Below the pieces are notes generated by a model, which worked only from the letters and a program-made list of their open reading frames with translations, was not told the DNA's origin and did no database searches. 44,006 bases of DNA from Minisyncoccota bacterium (lineage in GTDB: Bacteria > Patescibacteriota > Minisyncoccia > Phycocordibacterales > JAACPR01). How positions within the stretch are numbered: the stretch's first letter is position 1; every line of letters begins with the position of its first letter. The stretch covers positions 1-44,006 of the forward strand of contig JBAYWG010000004.1 of assembly GCA_041674225.1 (NCBI GenBank), read 5' to 3'. Shown here piece after piece: positions 19,088 through 27,088 of this stretch. A program made the translations under genes and the position numbers.

Positions 19088-19663
19088 CTAAACAGCATCA
19101 AGAGCAACTCTTTTCGAGTTTTGCCTGATATGTTTAGCCAGTGCTTTGTTTTCTGTCCTTTTTTTGACTTTTTTTGCCAGTTCCAAGAGCTCTTCAGCTT
19201 TCGCTGAAAATTTTGGAAGTAGGTGCTCAAACAAGTCGCCCGCTTCATTCCTAAAAAGAAATTGATTTCCTGTTTTTGAAACTGAAAACTTTTTCTCTTT
19301 TTCTTGCCAAGGAAAAAAACCTCTTTCGACAATGTAAGTAAAAGATGCGGTTGTTGTATGACTGTTGTCGTTGTTTACTATGAAAAAAGTATTGGCTCCA
19401 TTGTATATCCTTTCATCTTCTTCAGTGAATAAGGAGTTTGGGGACAAGACTTTTTTCGCCACCGCATAAACGATATGTGTACGAGAAGGAGTGTTTCCTT
19501 TACGCTTCATATCGCCGGTGACCTCGCAGAGAAGCCTATAGATTTTATATTGAACATAAAATCTGTGTGCTTTCTTTACGGCTTTGTTCACAAGAATAAT
19601 ACTTGCAGTGATGAGTAGCACGATTAGTGTTACTCCCGACAGGGTTACTAGTATAAGGTCCAT
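19088..19663 (-). CDS. Hypothetical N-terminally membrane-anchored protein
   Basis: 191 aa with one N-terminal TM (LILVTLSGVTLIVLLITASIILV) and no recognisable motif. Has its own terminator at 19033-19067. Confidence 0.55.
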   Translation of the reverse strand: MDLILVTLSGVTLIVLLITASIILVNKAVKKAHRFYVQYKIYRLLCEVTGDMKRKGNTPSRTHIVYAVAKKVLSPNSLFTEEDERIYNGANTFFIVNNDNSHTTTASFTYIVERGFFPWQEKEKKFSVSKTGNQFLFRNEAGDLFEHLLPKFSAKAEELLELAKKVKKRTENKALAKHIRQNSKRVALDAV

Positions 19664-19758
19664 CTGCCCGATAGATTAACACGAAACAGATTTAATGTCA
19701 AAATTTCCAAATATCCTTTATTTTCAAGCTTTAAAATGCTTAAATTGTAGTTATCAAC

Positions 19759-20475
19759 ATGGAAAAAATCTATAAAAAAGTAGGGGAGACCCCATTAGAG
19801 CTCATAGACAGATTACGTCTAGAAAAACCAGAATTAAAAGACGCTACGCTTTCTTATGCCGGACGTCTAGATCCAATGGCAGAAGGCGAAATGCTGATAA
19901 TGGTTGGAGACGAAAATAATCAACGAGAAAAGTTTTTGGGTTTTGATAAAGAATATGAGGCGACTTTTTTGTTGGGTGTGAGTACGGATACGGGAGATGT
20001 ATTGGGGATTATTACAGAGGAAGTAGGGCGGGATAAAATTTCCCGGCAGGAAATTTTATCCCGCCTATCAGAATTCCCAAATATTAAATCTCAAAAGTAT
20101 CCTTGGTTTTCATCTAAAACTGTTTTCGGGATTAAACTTTTTGAACATTTCAAAAAAGGCAACATGGATATCGAAAGACCCAGCAGAGATGTTGAAATTA
20201 AATCAATTGGAATATTAGGTTTTGAAAGCACATCATCAGAAGAAATAAAGAACTATATATTTGAATCTATAAACAAAGTTAACGGAGATTTCAGACAAAA
20301 AGAGATCCTGGAAAGATGGTCTGAATTTTTTACACAGAATTCAAACACTCAATTGCAAACATTAAAAATTAAAATCTTAGTATCATCTGGCACATACATT
20401 CGAGCATTAACAGAAAACTTTCCAATTCCAACAGTTCTTTTAAAACTAAACCGCACAAAAATCTTTTCTGAATAA
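19759..20475 (+). CDS. truB: tRNA pseudouridine(55) synthase, short form without PUA domain
   Basis: GRLDPMAEGEML (TruB catalytic Asp motif GxLDPxAxG), YEATFLLGVSTDTGD and SGTYIRAL. 238 aa. Confidence 0.8.
   Translation: MEKIYKKVGETPLELIDRLRLEKPELKDATLSYAGRLDPMAEGEMLIMVGDENNQREKFLGFDKEYEATFLLGVSTDTGDVLGIITEEVGRDKISRQEILSRLSEFPNIKSQKYPWFSSKTVFGIKLFEHFKKGNMDIERPSRDVEIKSIGILGFESTSSEEIKNYIFESINKVNGDFRQKEILERWSEFFTQNSNTQLQTLKIKILVSSGTYIRALTENFPIPTVLLKLNRTKIFSE
20027..20065. repeat. Perfect inverted repeat (17-bp stem, 5-nt loop) inside the truB CDS
   Basis: GGCGGGATAAAATTTCC (20027-20043), loop CGGCA, GGAAATTTTATCCCGCC (20049-20065). The arms are exact reverse complements, checked base by base. 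Confidence 0.95.
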
Positions 20476-20528
20476 AACCCACACTAAATCCACAAGGAAA
20501 TTTTAGACAAACGAGTTATACTTTATAA

Positions 20529-21638
20529 ATGCTTCGCAAAGAAAAAGTTGATTTTCCTTTTTTACTTATTGTAACTATATTAACAATCTCCGGATTTGTT
20601 ATTTTTCTTTCTGCCGTTATGGGTATCACCGCCAAAAGCGAAGTGAAATATTTTTCAATTCTTACCAATCAATTATTTCTAGGTCTTATTTTAGGCTCTG
20701 TATTTGCTTTTATTTTTTCCAAACTTCCAATCATGCTTTTTAGAAAATATGCTTTCTGGGCATGGATCGTTTCAATAATTTTAATGCTAGCAGTGTTTAT
20801 ACCAGGAGTTGGATTACACTCTGGAGGTGCTACACGATGGATTTTATTAGGTCCAATATCATTTCAACCTTCAGAAATTTTAAAAGTTACTTACATTCTT
20901 TATTTAGCCACAATGATTGCATCAATGGGTAAAAATGGAATCAAAACTTTTAAAGGTGGTTTTGTAACTTTTGCATTAATCTCAGGAATTACGGCTCTGC
21001 CTATTATTTTTCAAAAAGACAATGACACCATGATTGTTTTAATGCTTGCTGGCACAACAATGTTTTGGGTTGCGGGCGCACGAATAAAACACCTTATGAT
21101 TTTAGGATTGATCGCAATTGTCGCACTTGGAGGACTAATAATGATGCGCCCATATATCAAAGACCGTATTGTTTCTTTTATAAATCCAGGAGAACATTTA
21201 CAAACAGTTGGTTATCAAAGCCAACACTCTGTCACAGCAATTGGTTCTGGTGGATTCGCAGGTAGAGGATTTGGTCAAAGTTTACAGAAGTTTACTTTTC
21301 TTCCTGAACCTGTAGGAGACTCAATTTTTGCAGTAGCAGCTGAAGAGTTTGGCTTTCTTGGAGCAACATTTTTAATTATTTTATTCTCATTATTCTGTTG
21401 GCGAGGACTAAAGATTGCAGGAAATATAAAAGATAATTTTAGTAGACTAGTCGTCGTCGGAGTTGTTATACTAATATCCGTACAAGCTTTTTGGAATATG
21501 GGCACAATGATGAGGGTGATTCCAATTTCTGGTTTACCACTTCCTTTTGTTAGTCACGGAGGTACTGCACTATTTTTCACACTTTGTGCATGTGGAATTT
21601 TATTAAATATTTCAAGAAATCAAAAACACTCTAATTAA
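20529..21638 (+). CDS. ftsW: SEDS-family peptidoglycan glycosyltransferase (FtsW/RodA)
   Basis: 369 aa with about 10 TM helices. Motifs GSGGFAGRGFGQS, DSIFAVAAEEFGFLG and PLPFVSHGGTA. Sits next to murG. Confidence 0.88.
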   Translation: MLRKEKVDFPFLLIVTILTISGFVIFLSAVMGITAKSEVKYFSILTNQLFLGLILGSVFAFIFSKLPIMLFRKYAFWAWIVSIILMLAVFIPGVGLHSGGATRWILLGPISFQPSEILKVTYILYLATMIASMGKNGIKTFKGGFVTFALISGITALPIIFQKDNDTMIVLMLAGTTMFWVAGARIKHLMILGLIAIVALGGLIMMRPYIKDRIVSFINPGEHLQTVGYQSQHSVTAIGSGGFAGRGFGQSLQKFTFLPEPVGDSIFAVAAEEFGFLGATFLIILFSLFCWRGLKIAGNIKDNFSRLVVVGVVILISVQAFWNMGTMMRVIPISGLPLPFVSHGGTALFFTLCACGILLNISRNQKHSN

Positions 21639-21641
21639 TTT

Positions 21642-22769
21642 ATGAGAATTATATTCACAGGAGGAGGAACAGGGGGACATTTTTATCCGATTATTGCTAT
21701 TGCTCAAGCAATCAGGAAAGTTGTTCGTGAAAATAAATTAATCGAACCTCAATTATATTTTCTAGCACCAGCTCCATACAATGCCGGAGCACTATACGAC
21801 GAAGGAATTACTTTCAAAAAAGTTTATGCTGGCAAGTTGAGACTTGATGATAAAGCAAAAAATTTCTTGGATATTATTCCTACAATTATTGGCACAATAA
21901 AAGCCATCTGGACGGTTTTTTGGATTTATCCAGATATAGTTTTCAGTAAAGGTGGATACGGTAGTGTGCCTGTAGTTTTTGCGGCAAGAATACTTAGAAT
22001 TCCAATTTTCATTCATGAATCCGATAGTGCACCAGGACGCGCAAATCTGTGGGCATCAAAATTTGCAACAAAAATTGCAATCTCATATTCAGAAGCTGGT
22101 CAATATTTTAATAAAGAAAAAATTGCATGGACAGGAAACCCAATCCGCCAAGAAATCAAGATGAAAGCTACAGAAGGAGGTTATGATTTTTTGAATTTAA
22201 GTTCTGACTTTAAAACAATTTTAGTTTTAGGAGGATCACAAGGAGCTAAGCGTATTAATGATTCAATTATAGATATTCTTCCTCAACTTTTAGAAAAATA
22301 CCAAGTGATTCATCAAACTGGTTCTAAAAATTTTGAAGAGGTAAGAAATACTTCAGAGGTTTCTGTGACTGATGAAAGAGTTCTGAGTAAGTACAAAGCC
22401 TTTCCTTATCTAAATAATGTTGCAATGCGAATGTCTGCTGGTATTGCAGATTTAGTTATCACAAGAGGCGGTTCAACTCTTTTTGAAGTCGCTCAATGGG
22501 GGATTCCAGCAATAGTTATTCCAATCACAGAAACAAACGGTGATCACCAAAGAAAAAATGCTTACGCATACGCTAGAGCCGGTGCCGGAATCGTTATTGA
22601 AGAAAATAACCTTACACCTACAGTCCTTATGCAAGAGATTGATAGAATACTAGATACAAAAACTATCAGTGATTCCATGAAAGAAGGAGCAAAAAATTTC
22701 TCAAAACCAGATTCAGAAAAAGCTATCGCAGAAGCAATGCTAAAAATCATCCTAAAACACGAAGATTAG
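21642..22769 (+). CDS. murG: UDP-GlcNAc:lipid I GlcNAc transferase
   Basis: N-terminal GGTGGHFYP loop, GGSQGA, and ITRGGSTLFEVAQWGIPAIVIP. 375 aa. Confidence 0.92.
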   Translation: MRIIFTGGGTGGHFYPIIAIAQAIRKVVRENKLIEPQLYFLAPAPYNAGALYDEGITFKKVYAGKLRLDDKAKNFLDIIPTIIGTIKAIWTVFWIYPDIVFSKGGYGSVPVVFAARILRIPIFIHESDSAPGRANLWASKFATKIAISYSEAGQYFNKEKIAWTGNPIRQEIKMKATEGGYDFLNLSSDFKTILVLGGSQGAKRINDSIIDILPQLLEKYQVIHQTGSKNFEEVRNTSEVSVTDERVLSKYKAFPYLNNVAMRMSAGIADLVITRGGSTLFEVAQWGIPAIVIPITETNGDHQRKNAYAYARAGAGIVIEENNLTPTVLMQEIDRILDTKTISDSMKEGAKNFSKPDSEKAIAEAMLKIILKHED

Positions 22770-22809
22770 TACCGATTTACAACACGCTAAAATACAATAC
22801 AATTAGTAT

Positions 22810-24132
22810 ATGTTCAAAAAACTAGTTTTTTTATTTGTAGTTGTAAGTTTTATATCTAGTGGATTTTTTATTTTTACAAATCCTCAAAACGCTTTCGCCG
22901 ATGAAGAAAAAATTCAAGAATTAGAAGGGAAGATAGATGGTCTGCGAGATCAAAGAGATCAAATTCAAAAAGAAATCGATGCTTTGCAACAAATGGTTTC
23001 TACAACAAGCGCAGAAGCTGGCACAATCGATGCAAAAGTTAAAAGTTTGAAAGCAACTCAAAATAAAATCCAAAAAGATATTTCATTAACTCAAAACCAA
23101 ATTAAAAAAAGCGAACTTACTTTGGAAAAAATAGATTTAGAAATTTCAGATAAACAACTTCTCGCAAATAGAAAAATGGAAGTGTTATCAGAATCTCTGA
23201 GAGAAATAAATCTTTTAGAATCAGAATCTTTGATTGAAAGTATTTTAGGTTATAAAGATTTGTCGGAATTTTGGAACCAAGTAGAAGCGCTTGGATTTTT
23301 TAGAGATGAAATATCAGAAAATCTAGATACATTAAGAGATTTAAACGCCGAACTTCGAATCAAACACTCCGAAGAAAGTGAAGAAATAAAAGAACTTCAA
23401 ACAAGTCAGAAATTACTATCTGGTCAACAAGAGGTTGTAAAAGATACAGCAAACGAACAAGCAAAACTTTTAAATGAAAAACAACAACAACTAAAAACTC
23501 AACAGCAAATTCTAAACGAAAAAATTGAACAAAGAAAAAAATTCGAAGCAGCCATGCTTGATTTCGAATCACAAATCAAAACTTTAGTTGATCCAGATAG
23601 TTTCCCTGCACCGAGTCGTGGAGTTTTATCTTGGCCATTAGATAAAATCACAATCACTCAACAATTCGGAGGAACACAATTTGCAAAAACAAATCCGAGT
23701 GTTTATGGAAGACCATTTCACAACGGAGTAGATTTCGGAGTTCCAACTGGGACACAAGTGAAATCTGTTCTTTCTGGAACTGTTCAAGCCACTGGAAACA
23801 CTGATGCTTTCCCTGGCTGTGTATCTTGGGGTAAATGGGTCCTTGTAAAGCACAATAACGGCCTTACAAGCCTTTATGCCCATTTATCAAGCATTTTAGT
23901 TGATCCAGGGGAAGCTGTCGATACAGGGGCATTATTAGGCCTTTCAGGTAATACTGGATACTCTACAGGTCCACATTTACACCTTACACTTTATGCTTCT
24001 CAAGGTGTGAGCGTTGTTAAATTTAGTGAATTTAAACCCGGTGGAACAGGGTGTTCTGCTACGGGAGCATCGACTCCGGCCGCTTCACTAGATGCGTACA
24101 TTGATCCAATGACTTATTTGCCACAGCTTTAA
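22810..24132 (+). CDS. M23/LytM-family peptidoglycan endopeptidase with long N-terminal coiled coil
   Basis: Signal/TM, about 230 aa of heptad-like Q/E/K-rich sequence, then HNGVDFGVPTGTQV ... GPHLHLTLY (the HxxxD and HxH zinc ligands). Confidence 0.85.
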   Translation: MFKKLVFLFVVVSFISSGFFIFTNPQNAFADEEKIQELEGKIDGLRDQRDQIQKEIDALQQMVSTTSAEAGTIDAKVKSLKATQNKIQKDISLTQNQIKKSELTLEKIDLEISDKQLLANRKMEVLSESLREINLLESESLIESILGYKDLSEFWNQVEALGFFRDEISENLDTLRDLNAELRIKHSEESEEIKELQTSQKLLSGQQEVVKDTANEQAKLLNEKQQQLKTQQQILNEKIEQRKKFEAAMLDFESQIKTLVDPDSFPAPSRGVLSWPLDKITITQQFGGTQFAKTNPSVYGRPFHNGVDFGVPTGTQVKSVLSGTVQATGNTDAFPGCVSWGKWVLVKHNNGLTSLYAHLSSILVDPGEAVDTGALLGLSGNTGYSTGPHLHLTLYASQGVSVVKFSEFKPGGTGCSATGASTPAASLDAYIDPMTYLPQL

Positions 24133-24164
24133 AATAAATTAAAAAATAAAGTATAATTATTTAC

Positions 24165-24419
24165 ATGAAAAAATTCACAGGAAAATTTTTAAATAAAGAG
24201 GGAAGTCAGAGAGGTTTTTTACAAATAGTTGGAATAATTATTATCGCTGCAATTGTTTTAGCTTTTCTTGGATACAATGTAAAAGATCTTTGGATGAATT
24301 TTGGTGCGCCAGTTTTTGAATGGATTTGGAATGTTTTTCTAACTCTAATCGGTTTTGCAATTGATGTAGTAGTGAAGGCTGTAAATATTTTCAAGACAGG
24401 AGACTACCCTACAAATTAA
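24165..24419 (+). CDS. Small hypothetical membrane protein (84 aa, 2 TM)
   Basis: Two hydrophobic helices (LQIVGIIIIAAIVLAFLGY and WNVFLTLIGFAIDVVV). Followed by the hairpin at 24431-24460. Confidence 0.5.
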   Translation: MKKFTGKFLNKEGSQRGFLQIVGIIIIAAIVLAFLGYNVKDLWMNFGAPVFEWIWNVFLTLIGFAIDVVVKAVNIFKTGDYPTN

Positions 24420-24430
24420 TTTTAAAAAAT

Positions 24431-24460
24431 AAAAAAATCTGCACCGAAGTGCAGATTTAA
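24431..24460. terminator. Bidirectional terminator hairpin, copy 1 of a duplicated 30-nt element
   Basis: AAAAAAATCTGCAC-CGAA-GTGCAGATTTAA. 10-bp stem, flanked by an A-run and T residues. Lies between convergent genes 24165-24419 (+) and 24479-24967 (-). Confidence 0.85.
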
Positions 24461-24478
24461 AGTTTAGAATTTTGTGAG

Positions 24479-24967
24479 TTATACTTCTTGCAAGATTTTT
24501 CTCACATCATTCCAGTTTCTTGCGATTTTTAATCCAGGAATGTCGTAATTTGGAATCTGCTCGGATTCATCATTCGACATCGTAAAGAGTACCTTGTGAG
24601 GTATTCCACAATTGTGAATAGATTGGAGGCATTCCAGTCTGTCATCAATGTGGATCGTCACTTTTTCGTCCAAAGCAATCGGACCTTTATCGATCCTTTT
24701 GTAGCAAAACCGGACATTCTCAGGTCTGATGAGCTCTGGGACAATACCATGACCAAAAAGGTTCATACACACCCGACACTCATCACCATGATCAATTCGA
24801 CTGATGATTTTTACATCAGATTTCAAGAACGCTAACTCCTGAAGGAATTCTAATGATCCTTCATGAAGCTGTCTCAATTCACTTCCTTTGAATTCAATTT
24901 TTGGAGACACTCTATCGAATAAAACATCTCCAAGATCCAAACCTATAACCATCTTTTTTCCTTTCAT
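24479..24967 (-). CDS. HAD-like fold protein (5'-nucleotidase-like) with a degenerate motif I
   Basis: ATG at 24967 is preferred because AAAGGA lies 8 nt upstream (the ORF track extends to a TTG at 25018). N-terminal IGLDLGDVL sits where HAD proteins carry DxDG[TV]. A later IHIDDR resembles motif IV. Assignment is tentative. Confidence 0.45.
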   Translation of the reverse strand: MKGKKMVIGLDLGDVLFDRVSPKIEFKGSELRQLHEGSLEFLQELAFLKSDVKIISRIDHGDECRVCMNLFGHGIVPELIRPENVRFCYKRIDKGPIALDEKVTIHIDDRLECLQSIHNCGIPHKVLFTMSNDESEQIPNYDIPGLKIARNWNDVRKILQEV

Positions 24968-25024
24968 ATTAAGATCCTTTCTTAAAGATAACCTACACAA
25001 TTTAAATTTAAAAATCAACTAAAT

Positions 25025-25056
25025 AAAAAAAAATCTGCACCGAAGTGCAGATTTAA
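25025..25056 (-). terminator. Terminator of the receiver-domain gene, copy 2 of the duplicated hairpin
   Basis: Same AAAAAAATCTGCACCGAAGTGCAGATTTAA core. On the minus strand it is followed by nine T residues. Confidence 0.85.
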
Positions 25057-25067
25057 TAAATAATAAA

Positions 25068-25436
25068 CTAAAGATTCAAAAGACTCTTAACTACAGAGAC
25101 TAAAGAACCTCCTCCCAGCTTGAAATTACCAGACTGAACATCACAACCAGATGTCATTAGTCTTTTATTCATCGTTCCAGAAGATGAATTTGCGACAAGC
25201 TTTACTTGATCTTTAAGTTCTTCACGAACCCATTCCACAAATTTGTAGGTAGTTTCCATATCAGCATCAATCCATGCATCAAAAATGATAACATCCCAAT
25301 TTTTGTCTTTAGAAAAAAGATTAGTAAACTCGGCACCATTTGCGACATGCGCAACCTCAAATCCTTCCTCTTCCATGTAATACAGAAAGTTTGGAATGAT
25401 TGATAGGTCGTCTTCAAAAATTAATATTCTTTTCAT
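25068..25436 (-). CDS. Stand-alone response-regulator receiver (CheY-like) domain
   Basis: 122 aa. ILIFEDD acidic pocket, DVIIFDAWID at the phospho-acceptor position, and VANSSSG at the T/S position. No output domain. Confidence 0.7.
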   Translation of the reverse strand: MKRILIFEDDLSIIPNFLYYMEEEGFEVAHVANGAEFTNLFSKDKNWDVIIFDAWIDADMETTYKFVEWVREELKDQVKLVANSSSGTMNKRLMTSGCDVQSGNFKLGGGSLVSVVKSLLNL

Positions 25437-25484
25437 TTTTACTTTTTTTCAAAAAACAGATTACACTCCTTTTGTCTAAAAATC

Positions 25485-25511
25485 AACGAAAAAGGGAAGT
25501 CCGACTTCCCT
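25485..25511 (-). terminator. Possible minus-strand terminator upstream of the receiver gene
   Basis: GGGAAGT-CCG-ACTTCCC (7-bp stem). On the minus strand it is followed by TTTTTCGTTGATTTTT. No annotated ORF lies upstream of it on that strand. Confidence 0.4.
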
Positions 25512-26000
25512 AGTATTAAATAAAAATTTTAGACCCAGACTCAAGCTCAAGCCCTACCAAGTATCCTCTAAAAAATATTGAAACGCGTACAAGCGAATTT
25601 TAAGCTTCGAATTTTTTGGAAAATCACTAGGGGAGTTGTAAAGCAATATTTTTAGATGAAGGTCATTATTGATAGATGTATATAAAAACATCATTGTAGA
25701 GGAAGTAATAGAGATATAAAACAATCTTTATTGATAAAGCCTTTGTTTGCTTTATTTAATATAATACATTATGTCGCAAAAGATATATTGTGCGACATAG
25801 TATATAGTTATCCACAGTTGGCTTTCCTCATACCAATAACACCACAAATTATTATTCCTGCAAATAATACCTCTCAAAAATTCTCTGTGCGATTTCTGTA
25901 GGAATTTATATTCATCTCAACATCTTTCAAAAGTTTTTAAAATTAAAAAGTAAATAATGGGGCACCCTACTCCCCACCGTTGAACCATTTTTAAATAGTG

Positions 26001-26028
26001 TTGACATAATTAAAATAAGTGTTATTTT
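26001..26028 (+). promoter_or_regulatory. Sigma70-like promoter for 26062-26964
   Basis: TTGACA (26001-26006), 16-nt spacer, TG-t-TATTTT (26023-26028). Confidence 0.45.
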
Positions 26029-26061
26029 ATTTTCGAACAAATGTTCATCTAAATCAAAAAA

Positions 26062-26964
26062 ATGAGAGCACCATTGCTTACACTTGCTGGGGTCGTAATT
26101 ATTGCGATCATAATCCTCGTCATCAACCACAACGACAAGAAAAAACACTCAACGGTTTCGTTCGAAAATGAATCTTCTCATATGGTAGTCATTGAAGAAC
26201 TCGATCGTACGAAGTTATACAATCAATGGTTTACCGCAGCAAAAGATATTGCGCAAAAAACAAAAGATCCTGAGGCAATCGAGATTTGCGAGTTCATCGA
26301 AAAATCGGTACTGCTGGCAGAGCCTCACCCAAACGGTGGCCGGTTTCTCCAAGGAGCTCGTGAAGATCAGAAGCATTACTTCGGTCTTGTAATGATGTGC
26401 AAAGGTGATCAAGATGCCGGATTTGATTGGCGAAGAGATTACTATAGCGTCGCAGGATCTGGAGCACGTTTTATGCCTGATGGTCCTATGATGATAATAA
26501 AAAGTCACATACCCACCAGCACTTTAAAGCAAGGATTGATTCTTCTTCACGAAGGTCGTCACGCTCGTCAGTTTCTGACTCAACGATACAATTGGACTGA
26601 TGCTAAAAAATTCTGCGAAGAGGAACGTGACACTCATAATTTCCAAAATCGCATTACATCAGCTTTGCTGGGTGAATCCTACACCAAGCTCGTAATTGAT
26701 ATTTCGCACGAATACGAAAAAGCACTGGCAGACGGAGGATTCAAACCAGGTGAAGCACTCGCTCATAGAAGTCGAGAGTTCACAGAGTTTGATTCAATCT
26801 TCCCAGCTATAAGTAAGTTTGAGCAAGACTTTCGCGATACATCCATCTGGATTCACGCAAATTTTATAATGCTGGAACGAGCTTTTGGTGCAGAAGCAGA
26901 AAATCATAAAGCAATCTTCCTTTTTCAGTTGTATAAGGAAAGTGGGATTGTTCCCAACTCTTAA
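26062..26964 (+). CDS. Hypothetical membrane-anchored protein with HExxH motif (possible zinc metallopeptidase)
   Basis: N-terminal TM (LLTLAGVVIIAIIILVI). HEGRH at nt 26548-26562 within LILLHEGRHARQF. No other family motif recognised. Confidence 0.5.
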   Translation: MRAPLLTLAGVVIIAIIILVINHNDKKKHSTVSFENESSHMVVIEELDRTKLYNQWFTAAKDIAQKTKDPEAIEICEFIEKSVLLAEPHPNGGRFLQGAREDQKHYFGLVMMCKGDQDAGFDWRRDYYSVAGSGARFMPDGPMMIIKSHIPTSTLKQGLILLHEGRHARQFLTQRYNWTDAKKFCEEERDTHNFQNRITSALLGESYTKLVIDISHEYEKALADGGFKPGEALAHRSREFTEFDSIFPAISKFEQDFRDTSIWIHANFIMLERAFGAEAENHKAIFLFQLYKESGIVPNS

Positions 26965-26994
26965 AAGTAAGCTTTGTAAATCTTTCTACTCAAC

Positions 26995-27030
26995 CCTAGT
27001 CTGTACGTATTACAGACTAGGTTTTTCTTT
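26995..27030 (+). terminator. Rho-independent terminator after 26062-26964
   Basis: CCTAGTCTGTA-CGTAT-TACAGACTAGG (11-bp perfect stem), then TTTTTCTTTT. Confidence 0.9.
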
Positions 27031-27050
27031 TAAATAAAAACCTAGAAACA

Positions 27051-27086
27051 AAAAACGCCTGAATTTAATTCAGACGTTTTTTGTTT
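27051..27086 (-). terminator. Terminator of 27089-27601 (also has a T-run on the plus strand)
   Basis: ACGCCTGAA...TTCAGACGT. The single C/A mismatch on the plus strand becomes a G-U pair in minus-strand RNA. T-rich tracts lie on both sides. Confidence 0.75.
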
Positions 27087-27088
27087 TA

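Noticed and set aside
25491-25511. GGGAAGTCCGAC, reminiscent of the RNase P RNA GGAAAGTCCGGGC element
   Set aside because: The segment simply forms a 7-bp hairpin. None of the other conserved RNase P regions is visible nearby, and the surrounding sequence is too AT-rich and unstructured.
25808-25816. Perfect DnaA box TTATCCACA, considered as evidence for oriC in the 625-bp gap
   Set aside because: Only a single consensus box was found by eye. There is no cluster, no adjacent dnaA or dnaN, and dnaB/recR are 9 kb away. One 9-mer is insufficient. It is kept only as a detail of the intergenic-region finding.
25927-26148. 73-aa minus-strand ORF at the edge of the long intergenic region
   Set aside because: It overlaps the start and TM-coding part of 26062-26964 in antisense and runs through that gene's promoter. 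The translation has no convincing features.
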